63,831 bases of DNA from Puia sp. GTDB lineage: Bacteria > Bacteroidota > Bacteroidia > Chitinophagales > Chitinophagaceae. Under the pieces are notes generated by a model that was given only the letters and a program-made list of their open reading frames with translations, was not told the origin of the DNA and did no database searches. How positions within the stretch are numbered: position 1 is the stretch's first letter; the number at the start of each line of letters is the position of its first letter. Below, piece by piece: positions 25,855-36,902 of the stretch. The position numbers and the translations under genes are program-made. The DNA is taken from contig DASZYU010000210.1 in NCBI GenBank assembly GCA_035545215.1, positions 1-63,831 on the forward strand. Direction: 5' to 3'.

Positions 25855-28803
25855 TCATTCGCGGAATCCGCCGTCGCGGAATCCGCCGCCGCCTCCACCG
25901 CCGCGGAACCGGCCGGGGAAGAAGCCGGGCATCCTGCGCTGGTTGCTGCCCGCAAAATTGCCGAGGTTCCAGGTAAAGGTGAGCATCGCGTACCTTGACA
26001 GCACATTCGTACGTGTGTACGAAACGGCGCCTGCCGTACCTACCGTCTTCGATACCGAGGTGTTCCGGTTCAGGACGTCGAATACCGTCAACCGCAGCTC
26101 GCCATTCTTCTTTTTGAACAGTTGTTTAGCGATGCTCGGCGTCAACAACGGGATACTGGCATTGAAGGTCTTCGAATTGGTATAAGTGTACGTATAGTCG
26201 AAGTTGGCGGCGATCAGCCAGCCATTATTCGTGTAGGCGGTGAATTCCGCGCCGAGCGTCTCGGTAAAATAATTCAGGTTGTTGCTGCTGCTGACGCCCC
26301 TTCCGCCTGTCTTAGCCGTATCCGCCCGGGAATTGTTCACCCCGACACCCGGGTTCCTGTTTATCGTATAGCCGGTCGTGGAGCTGAAATTCATGTCGAA
26401 ATTCTTTTTGATATTCGTCGTCCACCGGACCGTCTCGTTCAGCCCTGTGTTCTTCGTGTATTGATGCGCAAACTGCCCATGAACGAACGACAGCGAATCC
26501 TGGGCAAGCAGGGTCTGGCTTTGCGCATACGATACGTTGGTCATGAAATTCAGGTTCGACTTCGGGCGTTTCAGCGGAAAACCATAATTGAAGAACCCGT
26601 TGATATTATAGGTGCCGTTCAGGTTGACATACGTGCTGGTCTTCCCCCCGAGGGCATTCGTATACTGTGCGGACTGGATATCGTTGACGATCGTGCTGGC
26701 GTTGACGGTTGCAAAGAAAACGCGCTGCGTGCCGGGGTCGAAGTTGGCGTACAGGACGCGCAGCGTATGCGTGAACTGCGGTTTCAGACCCGGGTTGCCC
26801 TCCTGGAAACTGATGCTGTCCGAGGTCGTGGTCAGGGGTTGCAGCTGCGCAGGGGTTGGCGTGCCCGTCCGTCCCGAATAGTTGACCCGGAGATGCTGCG
26901 TATTCGAGAACTGGTACGACAGGTTCATCGTCGGGGTCACGTTCACGTAGCTGTGCTTTACGACGATGCCCTTGGTCGTATTGTCGCTGTTAAAGGTGGT
27001 CCATTGGACGCCCGAGCCCGCCGACATATTGAACTTGTTGCCCCGCTGGATGCGCCAGGCCAACGATAACTGGTCGGAATTCGAGGTGAATTTATAAGAA
27101 TTGCTGAAAAGGCTGTCGAAACGCGTGTACGCGTTGGTCGCGTCCTGGAAATCGTAGGTCCGGTTGATCGTATTGCTGTTGGTATAGGAGTGATTGTAAT
27201 TCAGCTGGAGGATCTGGTTTTTGGCGATAGGCTCGGTGTAGGACAGGCTAGGCGTGATGGACCACGAATGCAACGAATCGTAATAGAATTGGTTCAGCGT
27301 ATCGACGGAATTACGGACATAGATATCGTTGATCGAATAATTGGTTCCCGTGCCATTGTTCGTATTGGCCGTCGTATTCACATCCAGCGAAATGGTCCGG
27401 TAGGGTTTGGCAAACCGGTGCCGGAACTGCAGGTTCGTACCATTGACATTGAACCCGGTATTCTCGCTATACGTGTTGCTCTGGCTGCTGTTGATCGGGG
27501 TAAGGTGATTATCGGTCTCCTCGCTGAACGTCGTCGCCCTCGGCGTGCTCTTCTGGAAAGTGAAATTGGGACGGAAGATCAGCGAATTGTTGGTGTCAAA
27601 CCGGCTCTCGATGTTGAGGTAGATCTGGTGGTTCTCGATCCGGTTGAGGCTGGTATTGTGGCCATTGGTGACGAACGCCGAGTCAATCCCCTGGTTGTTC
27701 TGGACGGGAGTGATGCTGCTGTCCACCTGCTGCAGCGAGACGTGCTGGAAATTGTAGAAATAGCTGCCGTAGACATCGGTAGAATGGTTCGGATCGGTGC
27801 CGAAGGTATTCCGGTAGTTCGCGCCTCCCGCCCACACGGTCGTGATGCCGTTCGACTGAAAGCTGGTGCTGGCCTGCGCCCCGCCTCCGCCGCCGCGGCG
27901 TCCTCCAAACCCTCCGCCATTGCCCCCGAAGATGTCGCGCGGAGTGAAATTCTGCTTGTTGATATCGTTACCCTGCCCGAGCAGGGACAGCTGTTGATTC
28001 CCGTCGAACCGGTGCATGCTGAGGCTGAGATCATAGTTCTCATCCGTCCCGTCGCCTGCCACCGTCTTGCCGAAATACCCCTTCCGGGCGTTCTTCTTTG
28101 TAACGATGTTGATTGTCTTGACCCGGTTGCCGTCATCGAAACCGGTGAATTTGCTTTGGTCGCTGAGATCGTCGAAGATCTGGATCTTGTCGATGATATC
28201 GGGGGGCAGGTTGCGCGTCGCCGCTTTCGGGTCATCGCTGAAAAACCGCTTTCCGTCGACCAGGACGCGTTGCACCTTCTCGCCCTGCGCCGAGATATTG
28301 CCGCTGTGATCGACTGTCACGCCCGGCAGCTTGTTGAGCAGGTCTTCCGCTACTGCGTTAGGTTTTACGGCAAAACTACCGGCATTGTATTCCAGCGAAT
28401 CATGATGAACGGCCATCGGCGGGCGTTGAATGACCACCGCCGTGAGCATTTTATCGGCGCGCTGGAGATAGAGCGTTCCGAGATCGATCACAGCGCCGCT
28501 GTCCGAGATCGAGAACCGTTTGTCGATCGGCTGATAGCCTTCATAGGTGATCAGCAGCCGGTATTGACCCCTCCGGATCCCTCGCATGCTGAATGCGCCT
28601 TTTTTGTCGGACACCGTAAATTCCGCATCCGTCGAGTCCCCTGCAAGCGGGGTGACAGAAATCGTGGCATTGTACATCGGCTGACGGCCTTCGGTACTGT
28701 CAATCAGGACCCCTTTCACCGAGCCTCTTATATTAGACTGTGAGAATAAGTGAGTTGTGAAGAACAGCAAACTTGAAAGCAACAAGATCGTAAACTTTTT
28801 CAT
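25855..28803 (-). CDS. Outer-membrane beta-barrel protein (TonB-dependent-receptor-like) with N-terminal carboxypeptidase-regulatory-like domain
   Basis: Signal peptide; EDLLNKLPGV, VLVDGKRFF.DDP..ATRNLP, GNPGLKPQF, RYAMLTFTWNL. Confidence 0.88.
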   Translation of the reverse strand: MKKFTILLLSSLLFFTTHLFSQSNIRGSVKGVLIDSTEGRQPMYNATISVTPLAGDSTDAEFTVSDKKGAFSMRGIRRGQYRLLITYEGYQPIDKRFSISDSGAVIDLGTLYLQRADKMLTAVVIQRPPMAVHHDSLEYNAGSFAVKPNAVAEDLLNKLPGVTVDHSGNISAQGEKVQRVLVDGKRFFSDDPKAATRNLPPDIIDKIQIFDDLSDQSKFTGFDDGNRVKTINIVTKKNARKGYFGKTVAGDGTDENYDLSLSMHRFDGNQQLSLLGQGNDINKQNFTPRDIFGGNGGGFGGRRGGGGGAQASTSFQSNGITTVWAGGANYRNTFGTDPNHSTDVYGSYFYNFQHVSLQQVDSSITPVQNNQGIDSAFVTNGHNTSLNRIENHQIYLNIESRFDTNNSLIFRPNFTFQKSTPRATTFSEETDNHLTPINSSQSNTYSENTGFNVNGTNLQFRHRFAKPYRTISLDVNTTANTNNGTGTNYSINDIYVRNSVDTLNQFYYDSLHSWSITPSLSYTEPIAKNQILQLNYNHSYTNSNTINRTYDFQDATNAYTRFDSLFSNSYKFTSNSDQLSLAWRIQRGNKFNMSAGSGVQWTTFNSDNTTKGIVVKHSYVNVTPTMNLSYQFSNTQHLRVNYSGRTGTPTPAQLQPLTTTSDSISFQEGNPGLKPQFTHTLRVLYANFDPGTQRVFFATVNASTIVNDIQSAQYTNALGGKTSTYVNLNGTYNINGFFNYGFPLKRPKSNLNFMTNVSYAQSQTLLAQDSLSFVHGQFAHQYTKNTGLNETVRWTTNIKKNFDMNFSSTTGYTINRNPGVGVNNSRADTAKTGGRGVSSSNNLNYFTETLGAEFTAYTNNGWLIAANFDYTYTYTNSKTFNASIPLLTPSIAKQLFKKKNGELRLTVFDVLNRNTSVSKTVGTAGAVSYTRTNVLSRYAMLTFTWNLGNFAGSNQRRMPGFFPGRFRGGGGGGGFRDGGFRE

Positions 28804-28950
28804 AGCCGGGCTTTGATGAATACCATAACAAACCGACTGCTAAAATACTCCGTGCCCGATTGCATTCATATCGGCAAAGTACCAGTGGCAAAAAGAGAGG
28901 CCGGTAGGGTGAAAGGCCAAGCGGCCATGGAAGGATTATCGGTAAACAGG

Positions 28951-31900
28951 CTAGGAAAACAGGTATTCCACATCCGCCCTGGTAAGGGTCTTTACGAATC
29001 CGTCGTCATCCGCGATCAGGTCCCTGGCCAAAATACGCTTCTTTTCCTGTAACTGGAGGATCTTGTCTTCGATCGTGTCCTTACAGATCATCCGGTACGC
29101 AAAGATGTTCTTCGTCTGACCGATACGGTGCGTCCGGTCGATGGCCTGTTGTTCCACCGCGGGATTCCACCAGGGATCCACGATATAAACATAGTCGGCC
29201 GCTGTGAGGTTGAGGCCGACGCCGCCTGCCTTTAACGAGATGAGGAAAACGCGGCAGCTGTCGTCATTCTGGAAGCTCTGGATGGCCCGCTCGCGCTCCT
29301 GCGCCGAAGTGCTTCCGTCAAAATACTCGAATTTGATGTCCAGCTCTTTCAGCCTTTCGCGGATGAGCGCCAGCATGCCGAGAAACTGCGAAAAGATCAG
29401 CGCTTTGTGATCCCCGATATTTTCCGTGATCTCGCGCGCCAGTTCATCGAGTTTGATCGAATGATTCGGATATTTATCCGATTCGTTGAGTATGGCGGGC
29501 GAGTCGCAAATCTGCCGCAGCTTCATCAGCCCCTGCAGGATGGTCAGCTGCGACCGTTGGATGCCCTGTGTCTCGATCGTGCCCATGATCTTATCCCGGT
29601 AGTCGTTGCGATAGGCTTCGTAAACCTTTCTTTGTTCGTCTTCCATCTCGCAGAAAAGGATGGTCTCCGTCTTCTCCGGAAGGTCCTTTGCCACCTGTTC
29701 CTTGGTCCTGCGAAGGATGAATGGGTACAACAGTTTGCGTAGGTGATCTTTGCGGTCCTGCTCGCCGAATTTGTCGATCGGGACGGCGAATTCCTGCCGG
29801 AAGAATTCCAGGCTACCGAGCATTCCAGGGTTCAGGAAATTCATCTGCGCGAAGATGTCGAACGTATTGTTTTGCAGCGGCGTTCCGCTCATACAAAGCC
29901 GGTGCCGGGCCTGCAGCAGACAGGCCGCCTTCGTCACTTTGCTGCTGGGGTTCTTTATCGCCTGCGATTCATCGAGGATCGCATAATCGAAGTGGATTTC
30001 GAGCAACAGCTTGATATCGCTTCGGAGCGTTCCGTAGGTGGTGATAATGATATTGTATTCCGACAGCGTTTCCTTGTTGCGCGTCCGGTCGCCGCCGTGA
30101 TGGATATGATAGGTCAGCGCCGGCGTGAACTTACGGATCTCATTCTCCCAGTTGAACATCAGCGTCGTAGGACAAACCACCAGCGCGTTCAGTCTCCCGT
30201 TCTCGTCTTTGAAATGCTGGAGGAAGGACAACGCCTGTATCGTCTTGCCCAGGCCCATGTCGTCCGCGAGGATCCCGCCCCAGTTGACTTCCTGCAGGTA
30301 GTTGAGCCAGTGAAACCCATGGGTCTGGTAGGGCCGCAGGATGGGCGATAAATGGGCAGGAGGCGCCAGTTCCCGGATGCGGTTGAACTCCCTCAGCTGT
30401 TCGTATTTCTCCTCGAGGCGGATGATCAGCTCTTCTTCATTGCGGTTGTCATAGAGCTCGTCGATGACGCTCATATGGTACTTCGACAGGCGCAGTTGAT
30501 TGCTTTTGCCCTCCCCGACGCGGAAAAGGAGCGAATATTTCTTGATCCATTCCTCCGGCAAAACCCCGAGCGTCCCGTCATGCAGGGGAACGAACTGCTG
30601 CCGGTTGCCCAAGGCCTTTTTGACGTCCGCGATCGTCACCTTCTGATCGCCGAAAACGATGTCGACACGGGCATCGAACCAATCGGTGTTGCTGCTGATA
30701 TGGATCTTGGTTTGCGGTTTGGCCGTGTTGAAACGGAAATTCTTAAGGGCATCGAAGCCATAGACCGGAACCTTCATTTCCTCCATGGCGTCCACGAAAA
30801 GGAAGAACCAATTGTTTTTCAGGACGTCCGCACCTTTCAGGGCCAGATTATACGATCCTTCGGGATGGATGAACCCGGAGTGGAGCGATTCCAGCTTCCG
30901 GAAGAACTGCAGCTCGGCTTCCTTGTTGCGGTGCACGAGCAGCACCTTGTCGCCGTCCGGCACGACGATCTCGTCCTTTCCTCCCGGACGGGTCTCAAAA
31001 CCTTTATAAGAGTACAGCGGCTGGAACACCAGGTAATCGCCCTTCTCCTGCAACAGCAGTTTCCGTTCCGGGTCGCCTCCTCTTATCTCGCGGACCAGGC
31101 CCTGGCCGAAATCCACGGTGTATTCCATCGTCAGCGGCAACACAAAATCGCGCAGATGCGCCGGCCATCCGGCCCTCGGAATGAAATGGCTTTCGCTGCC
31201 CGCGAACCGTTCTACCAGCGCAACGTCCTCCGGGCGGTTCCAGAGGTAGAGGTTGTTGTTGTAAAAGAACAACAACGGGCTCCTGCATTCATTCCTCGTG
31301 ATGTCGACCGGCTGCCCATTGATCTTGACGAAGCAGCTCACTTCATAACCGTCCTTGGCTTGCGACACGGCAAACTGCGGCGTGATCACATCGCCCGACA
31401 GACCCACCGGCTGCAGATTGACCGTCTTGAAAGCCTTATGACCGTTGAGATAGAAAACGAAGGGATTGGCGGCAAGCTCGGCAAACAGTTTCTTGAGCTT
31501 GGGATGCAGGTATTCCACCATCAGCTTTTTCGTCTCCTCGGGGAGGGAATCCTCTTCCTGGTGGATGATATTCTCCCAGATGCCGCTGAACGGAGAGTTC
31601 CGGTTCAGGTATTTGTTGATCTCGCCTTCCTGCACCTTCCGAAGCGAGGGGATCAGTTGCCTGTCGGACTCGTTAAAGGGGTCGTTGGGAATGAACTTGG
31701 AAAGGTCCAGTTTCCCGGCCTTCGACGAATACCCGGTCTGTTCTTCGTTGCTCTCCCCCGCGACGGCGTCTAGCGCAAAACCCGGGAAACCGTCGCAATT
31801 GAAATTGAAGACGATGCCGAGCCGTTGTGCATAGCCCAGCGTCTTCTCCTCTTCGACGGTTGCGACGGGCGCTTCGACCTCCGCGGGCCGCGGGCGATTC

Positions 31901-32703
31901 CCCGCCACCGGAGCGACGCGTTTGATCGTCGTATCCAGCACGCGAAGAAAAGGCTTACCTTCTTTATAGCTGAACTCGAATTTGCCCTGCAGGTCATCGG
32001 CAAGCGAATAGCCATAGGCTTCCAGCAGCTTGTTCTTTTCCTTATCCCAGTTGCGGATGGTGTCGAAATAATAGGCGCCGTGGGCATGCAGCAGTTGCAG
32101 CAGCACGATCACCTTCGGCAGTGACAGCGGATGAATGGTGTCGGGATAGTCGCTGCTCGTATCGAAATTCCGTTCTTCGTTTTTCCGGAGCACCACCTGG
32201 TAGACCTGGCCTTCGATCTCGACGGAGGCTTTGACCATTTCGTCCCTCGCATATTCGATGCGGGCGCGTTGCGTCAGGAGATATTTCTCGGCGTCGGCAA
32301 GCGTCTGCTGAGAACACAGCAACCGGATGGTCTTCAGATCGATGAATTTCATCTTGATCACCGTATGCCGCTGATCGTATTGCACTTCCTCGGCCTTCAG
32401 CATATTCCGGTCCAGCAGCTCTTGCAGCTGGATGAGCGCGCCTGCTTCATGACGACAGATATCGCCCAGATTGTAGGGGCAACTGCACCGGATGGAGAGG
32501 GTTTTCGGATCCTTGAATTTTTGCACATACACCTTATAATAGGTCGTATAGCTGTCGTCCTTAACCCGGAAGGTAACGGACTCGAACAGCTCGTCATATT
32601 CGATCAGCTCAACATAGCCAATGGCATGGATCTTTTTTCCCCGGCGAATCACTTCATCGGTTCCATTGGTGTAAACATACTTAATAAGGTGCGGTAACGC
32701 CAT
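28951..32703 (-). CDS. SWIM-domain SNF2-family helicase/ATPase
   Basis: CSC..CRH SWIM; LADDMGLGKT, DESQ, SGTP, LRRTK, SLKAGGVGLNL, QAIDRTHRIGQ. Start reassigned to MALPHL. Confidence 0.93.
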   Translation of the reverse strand: MALPHLIKYVYTNGTDEVIRRGKKIHAIGYVELIEYDELFESVTFRVKDDSYTTYYKVYVQKFKDPKTLSIRCSCPYNLGDICRHEAGALIQLQELLDRNMLKAEEVQYDQRHTVIKMKFIDLKTIRLLCSQQTLADAEKYLLTQRARIEYARDEMVKASVEIEGQVYQVVLRKNEERNFDTSSDYPDTIHPLSLPKVIVLLQLLHAHGAYYFDTIRNWDKEKNKLLEAYGYSLADDLQGKFEFSYKEGKPFLRVLDTTIKRVAPVAGNRPRPAEVEAPVATVEEEKTLGYAQRLGIVFNFNCDGFPGFALDAVAGESNEEQTGYSSKAGKLDLSKFIPNDPFNESDRQLIPSLRKVQEGEINKYLNRNSPFSGIWENIIHQEEDSLPEETKKLMVEYLHPKLKKLFAELAANPFVFYLNGHKAFKTVNLQPVGLSGDVITPQFAVSQAKDGYEVSCFVKINGQPVDITRNECRSPLLFFYNNNLYLWNRPEDVALVERFAGSESHFIPRAGWPAHLRDFVLPLTMEYTVDFGQGLVREIRGGDPERKLLLQEKGDYLVFQPLYSYKGFETRPGGKDEIVVPDGDKVLLVHRNKEAELQFFRKLESLHSGFIHPEGSYNLALKGADVLKNNWFFLFVDAMEEMKVPVYGFDALKNFRFNTAKPQTKIHISSNTDWFDARVDIVFGDQKVTIADVKKALGNRQQFVPLHDGTLGVLPEEWIKKYSLLFRVGEGKSNQLRLSKYHMSVIDELYDNRNEEELIIRLEEKYEQLREFNRIRELAPPAHLSPILRPYQTHGFHWLNYLQEVNWGGILADDMGLGKTIQALSFLQHFKDENGRLNALVVCPTTLMFNWENEIRKFTPALTYHIHHGGDRTRNKETLSEYNIIITTYGTLRSDIKLLLEIHFDYAILDESQAIKNPSSKVTKAACLLQARHRLCMSGTPLQNNTFDIFAQMNFLNPGMLGSLEFFRQEFAVPIDKFGEQDRKDHLRKLLYPFILRRTKEQVAKDLPEKTETILFCEMEDEQRKVYEAYRNDYRDKIMGTIETQGIQRSQLTILQGLMKLRQICDSPAILNESDKYPNHSIKLDELAREITENIGDHKALIFSQFLGMLALIRERLKELDIKFEYFDGSTSAQERERAIQSFQNDDSCRVFLISLKAGGVGLNLTAADYVYIVDPWWNPAVEQQAIDRTHRIGQTKNIFAYRMICKDTIEDKILQLQEKKRILARDLIADDDGFVKTLTRADVEYLFS

Positions 32704-32839
32704 ATGCTTTTTATTCCGAAAAGGCCAATCTGCAAAACTAAAGGAAAAAAGGTGAGTGTAGAAAATTAAATCCATCTTACCTTTGGAACACCCGCGCGGG
32801 TTCGCTTTGTACTACAGATCGTTATGTTAAACAGCCGTT

Positions 32840-34174
32840 ATGATCTTCCGTATTAACTTATTGTCTCCTATCCTTGTCCTGCCCTTGCTGATGACCTTGC
32901 CCACCTCCCCAGCCTCCGCCCAACGACAAAAAAAGACCGACAAACTGCTGTTCACCAACCTGGATACGCATGTCCGCTATTTATCGAATGAAAAACTGGA
33001 AGGCCGCAGAACGGGAACCCCGGGAGAAAAGCAGGCCAGCGACTATATCGCCGTAGCACTTAGCAACGCGGGGCTGGTGCCCAAAGGCGACAAGAACGGC
33101 TGGCTTCAGGCGTTCAATATCGATCAGGGACGCGTGGTCAGCCCGGACGCATTTTTTATCGTCAACGATCACCCGTTGCTGCTGAACAAGGAGTATTTCC
33201 CCCTGGCGTTCAGTGCAGTAGGCTCGGTATCGGGCTCTCCGGCGATCGCCCTGCAGGAAAGCGGGGTGCCCTGGTTCCTCGACCTGCGCGATCTGCTTGA
33301 ATCCGATGGTGGCGCCCGTGTCAGCCTTCCTGCAGCCATTCGCGAAAAGGCCGCTGAATTTGCTAAAAAAGGAGCGACGGCGCTGATCGTTTATAATTCC
33401 TCAAAAATGCAGGATAACCTGTGCTTCGACCCGAACGACAGGACGGAACGCGCAACGATCCCGATCCTGTATATCACGGCCGCTGCCAAACGAAAATATT
33501 TGAAGGATGAATCCGCGTCGGTGGACCTCCGCATCAAAACAGGGTTTTCGGAAAAGAAATGCACCGGCCACAATATAGTGGGGTATGTCGACAATGGGTC
33601 CAGCTCCACGGTCGTGATCGGCGCACACTACGATCATTGGACGGAGGCTGCCGACAGCGTCAGCTCCCGCAATACACCCCGGGGTGATAATGTATGCGGA
33701 GTTGCCGCGATGATCGAGCTGGCGCGTCTTCTTGCGTCTTCCAGGTTGAAGGGCAACAATTACCTGTTCGTCGCTTTTTCCGGCGGCGAGCAAGGGTCGG
33801 CGGGATCGGCGTTCCTTGCCGGGCATCTGCCGTTCGACCCCCGGCGGCTGAATTATATGCTCGACCTGGACGCGCCCGACCCGGCGAATGGCAATGCCGG
33901 GCCGCTCGTCGTGGGAGGATGTGCTTCTTCCCCGGCCTGGGCGGGCGCCGCCCGCGAAATCAGGGAGAAACCGGCTTTCTCTGTCCGGCTGGACAGCGGC
34001 TATGCCGGACCCGGCGATCAGACAGCATTCTATTCGAAGGGTGTACCCGTTCTCGTTTTTTACATCGGCGGCGACTGGACGGAGCATAAACCGGAGGTAG
34101 TGAAATATCTATTCGATATGGTAAAAGCCGTTGACCGCCACGGACGGTTGGCCTATACAAAGACCGGATCATGA
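32840..34174 (+). CDS. M28 family peptidase-like protein with PA-like insert (active site degenerate)
   Basis: LEGRRTGT, IGAHYDH, GDNVCG, FSGGEQG, GDQTAFY. Confidence 0.82.
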   Translation: MIFRINLLSPILVLPLLMTLPTSPASAQRQKKTDKLLFTNLDTHVRYLSNEKLEGRRTGTPGEKQASDYIAVALSNAGLVPKGDKNGWLQAFNIDQGRVVSPDAFFIVNDHPLLLNKEYFPLAFSAVGSVSGSPAIALQESGVPWFLDLRDLLESDGGARVSLPAAIREKAAEFAKKGATALIVYNSSKMQDNLCFDPNDRTERATIPILYITAAAKRKYLKDESASVDLRIKTGFSEKKCTGHNIVGYVDNGSSSTVVIGAHYDHWTEAADSVSSRNTPRGDNVCGVAAMIELARLLASSRLKGNNYLFVAFSGGEQGSAGSAFLAGHLPFDPRRLNYMLDLDAPDPANGNAGPLVVGGCASSPAWAGAAREIREKPAFSVRLDSGYAGPGDQTAFYSKGVPVLVFYIGGDWTEHKPEVVKYLFDMVKAVDRHGRLAYTKTGS

Positions 34175-34605
34175 AGCTCAAGCTGAACGTAGAGGACATG
34201 ACGGGAGAGTTCTTCGAAGACACCCGTTTGCTCGGCCTGGTGGCCCCGGTAAAGGACTACCAGTTCTGCTGGCAGCTGAACAACCGCCTCCGTTTCGATT
34301 TCCGGATCAATAACGACATCGAGATCCAGCTGACCAAGCGGCAGCGAAAATATTTTTTCGGTGTTTATGAATATCGCGAAGACGGCCATTCGCTGCAACA
34401 TTTTTTATACAACAACCAATTCGACGGCGAATACCTGTTGCCCGAATTCAAACACCTCGATTTCCTGTGGCTGTTGAAAGGAGATACGGTAGCCGATGAA
34501 AAGCTGGCGCTGCTGGTGGCTTCGATCCGTACCGTACCCGGCGTGCAGCTGGTAACCGAACTGGCCCCCGATAAGATCAGGAACAAGGGACACCTCATCT
34601 TTTGA
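34171..34605 (+). CDS. IPExxxVDY family protein
   Basis: DYQFCWQLN and [11 protein letters not shown]; ATGA overlap with the M28 gene. Confidence 0.85.
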   Translation: MKLKLNVEDMTGEFFEDTRLLGLVAPVKDYQFCWQLNNRLRFDFRINNDIEIQLTKRQRKYFFGVYEYREDGHSLQHFLYNNQFDGEYLLPEFKHLDFLWLLKGDTVADEKLALLVASIRTVPGVQLVTELAPDKIRNKGHLIF

Positions 34606-34765
34606 TGACCGGCGGTCCGGCGGCCTGTCTTTTGCGGCCGTGTCTTGCGGCCGGCCGGTACGGGCGGGCAAACGGGCCGGAAGCCGCGTGAACCATCACC
34701 AAACGTGCCCGAGACCTGTCAGCCTCATCACCAAAACGGGCGGGCCCGTTCAAATCGAAAAATAT

Positions 34766-35002
34766 ATGTGGGAAGAAAAAAACAACACGCTCTACCGAAA
34801 ATTTCAATTCAAGGATTTTTCCCAGGCCTTTGCCTTTATGACGCGGGTGGCGCTCGAGGCCGAAAAAATGGATCATCACCCCGACTGGAGCAATGTCTAC
34901 AATACCGTTGAGATCAGGCTGTCTACGCACAGCGCGGGGGACATCGTCACCGATAAGGACCGGCGACTGGCGCAAAAGATAGATGGGTTGGTCCAACCCT
35001 GA
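34766..35002 (+). CDS. phhB: Pterin-4a-carbinolamine dehydratase
   Basis: [30 protein letters not shown]. Start reassigned to MWEEK. Confidence 0.93.
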   Translation: MWEEKNNTLYRKFQFKDFSQAFAFMTRVALEAEKMDHHPDWSNVYNTVEIRLSTHSAGDIVTDKDRRLAQKIDGLVQP

Positions 35003-35030
35003 GCGGCTGCAGACCGAAATTCATTGACGA

Positions 35031-36902
35031 TCAGCCATTCATGCTGGCGAGGAATTCTTCGTTGCTCTTGGTGCCGCGCATGCGTTTCAGCAATTCATTC
35101 ATGGCTTCTTCCGGATTCATGTCGTTCAGGTATACGCGAAGCAGGTTCATGCGCTGCAGCACATCTCTTTCGAGCAGGAGATCGTCGCGCCGGGTGGAAG
35201 AGGCGACCAGGTCGATTGCCGGGTAAATGCGGCGGTTGGAAAGACGCCGGTCGAGTTGCAATTCCATGTTACCGGTACCCTTGAACTCTTCAAAGATCAC
35301 TTCGTCCATTTTCGAACCCGTATCGATCAGCGCGGTGGCGAGGATGGTCAGTGAGCCGCCGTTCTCGATCTTACGCGCGGCGCCAAAGAATTGCTTGGGT
35401 TTCTGCATGGCGTTGGCTTCCACGCCGCCGGACAGCACCTTTCCGGAGGCCGGCGCGACCGTGTTGTGCGCACGGGCGAGACGCGTGATCGAATCGAGCA
35501 GGATCACCACGTCATGGCCGCATTCCACCAGGCGCTTGGCCTTTTGCAAGGCGATCGTAGATACTTTCACGTGTTTTTCGGCGGGTTCGTCGAAGGTGGA
35601 GGCGATGACCTCGGCCTTTACGCTCCGTTCCATATCGGTCACTTCCTCGGGGCGTTCATCGACGAGGACGATCATCAGATAGCATTCGGAGTGGTTGGCG
35701 GCGATCGCGTTGGCGACGGCCTTGAGCAACATCGTTTTACCGGTCTTGGGCTGGGCGACGATGAGACCGCGCTGGCCCTTGCCGATCGGCGTGAACAGGT
35801 CGATGATGCGGGTCGAATAATCGTTCGGCGCAGTGAACAGGTTCAGTTTCTCGAAAGGGAACAAGGGCGTCAGGTAGTCGAAAGGCACGCGGTCGCGCAC
35901 TTCTTCCGGCCCCTTGTTGTTGATCGTTTCTACTTTCAGCAAAGCAAAATATTTCTCTCCTTCTTTCGGAGGCCGAACCGACCCGAGGACGGTATCGCCG
36001 GTTTTCAGACCGAACAGTTTGATCTGCGAGGGGCTGACATAGATGTCGTCGGGAGATGAAAGATAGTTGTAATCGCTGCTCCGCAGGAAGCCATATCCAT
36101 CGGGCATCATTTCGAGAACACCCTCGGCGGAGATCACTCCGTCGAACTCGATATTGAATACCTCGTTACGCCGTTGCGCATATATCCGGCTTTGCGCGTC
36201 TCCGCCCCGGCTGCCTTCTCCGATCGCTTCGCCGCTATCCTGCTCTTCGGGCATAACCAGGCTTTCGTCCTGGTTCGGTTGGTCTTCTCCTTCTTCGCGG
36301 TTGGTGTCGTCCCCACGACCAGCGACATCCCGGCCGGCTCCGCCCGACCATTGCGACATTTCTGCCCGCGAAGCGTCTCCGCGTTGCGAATCGCCGCGCT
36401 GACCTTCTCCTCTCGAGAGATCGCGTCCGCCGCCACCGCGCTGCTGCGCTTCTCCGCCGTGCACGGCGTCACGACGTGCACCATCCCGATGAGGAGCTTC
36501 GCGATGCTGCGCAGGATGACCTTTCGCAGCGGGGGCCTTCGGTGCAGCCATCACCTCGGCAGGTTCTTCCTCTTCCTTCTTGCGCGGCTTTTTCATCATC
36601 GGCTTTTCTTCCTTCTTGCGCGTCTCTTTTTTCGGTTCGGTCTTTTTGGGCTTGTCGTCGCCGCTTTCCACGATGGCTTCTTCGGTGCTGTTGCCGGTCG
36701 AAGCTTTTATGATCCGTTTCCGTTTGGGCTTGTCGTCGGCCGACTCGGATTTCCCTTCGCTTGCCACAACGGCCTGTTTATCCAGGATTTTATAAACGAG
36801 CTCCTGCTTATCCAGCTTCCTGGCGCCTGCGATCTTCAGTTGTTCCGCAATATCGAGGAGTTCCGGAACGAGCATGTCGTTCAATTGGAGAATATCGTAC
36901 AT
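35031..36902 (-). CDS. rho: Transcription termination factor Rho with long N-terminal insertion
   Basis: [47 protein letters not shown]. Confidence 0.98.
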   Translation of the reverse strand: MYDILQLNDMLVPELLDIAEQLKIAGARKLDKQELVYKILDKQAVVASEGKSESADDKPKRKRIIKASTGNSTEEAIVESGDDKPKKTEPKKETRKKEEKPMMKKPRKKEEEEPAEVMAAPKAPAAKGHPAQHREAPHRDGARRDAVHGGEAQQRGGGGRDLSRGEGQRGDSQRGDASRAEMSQWSGGAGRDVAGRGDDTNREEGEDQPNQDESLVMPEEQDSGEAIGEGSRGGDAQSRIYAQRRNEVFNIEFDGVISAEGVLEMMPDGYGFLRSSDYNYLSSPDDIYVSPSQIKLFGLKTGDTVLGSVRPPKEGEKYFALLKVETINNKGPEEVRDRVPFDYLTPLFPFEKLNLFTAPNDYSTRIIDLFTPIGKGQRGLIVAQPKTGKTMLLKAVANAIAANHSECYLMIVLVDERPEEVTDMERSVKAEVIASTFDEPAEKHVKVSTIALQKAKRLVECGHDVVILLDSITRLARAHNTVAPASGKVLSGGVEANAMQKPKQFFGAARKIENGGSLTILATALIDTGSKMDEVIFEEFKGTGNMELQLDRRLSNRRIYPAIDLVASSTRRDDLLLERDVLQRMNLLRVYLNDMNPEEAMNELLKRMRGTKSNEEFLASMNG

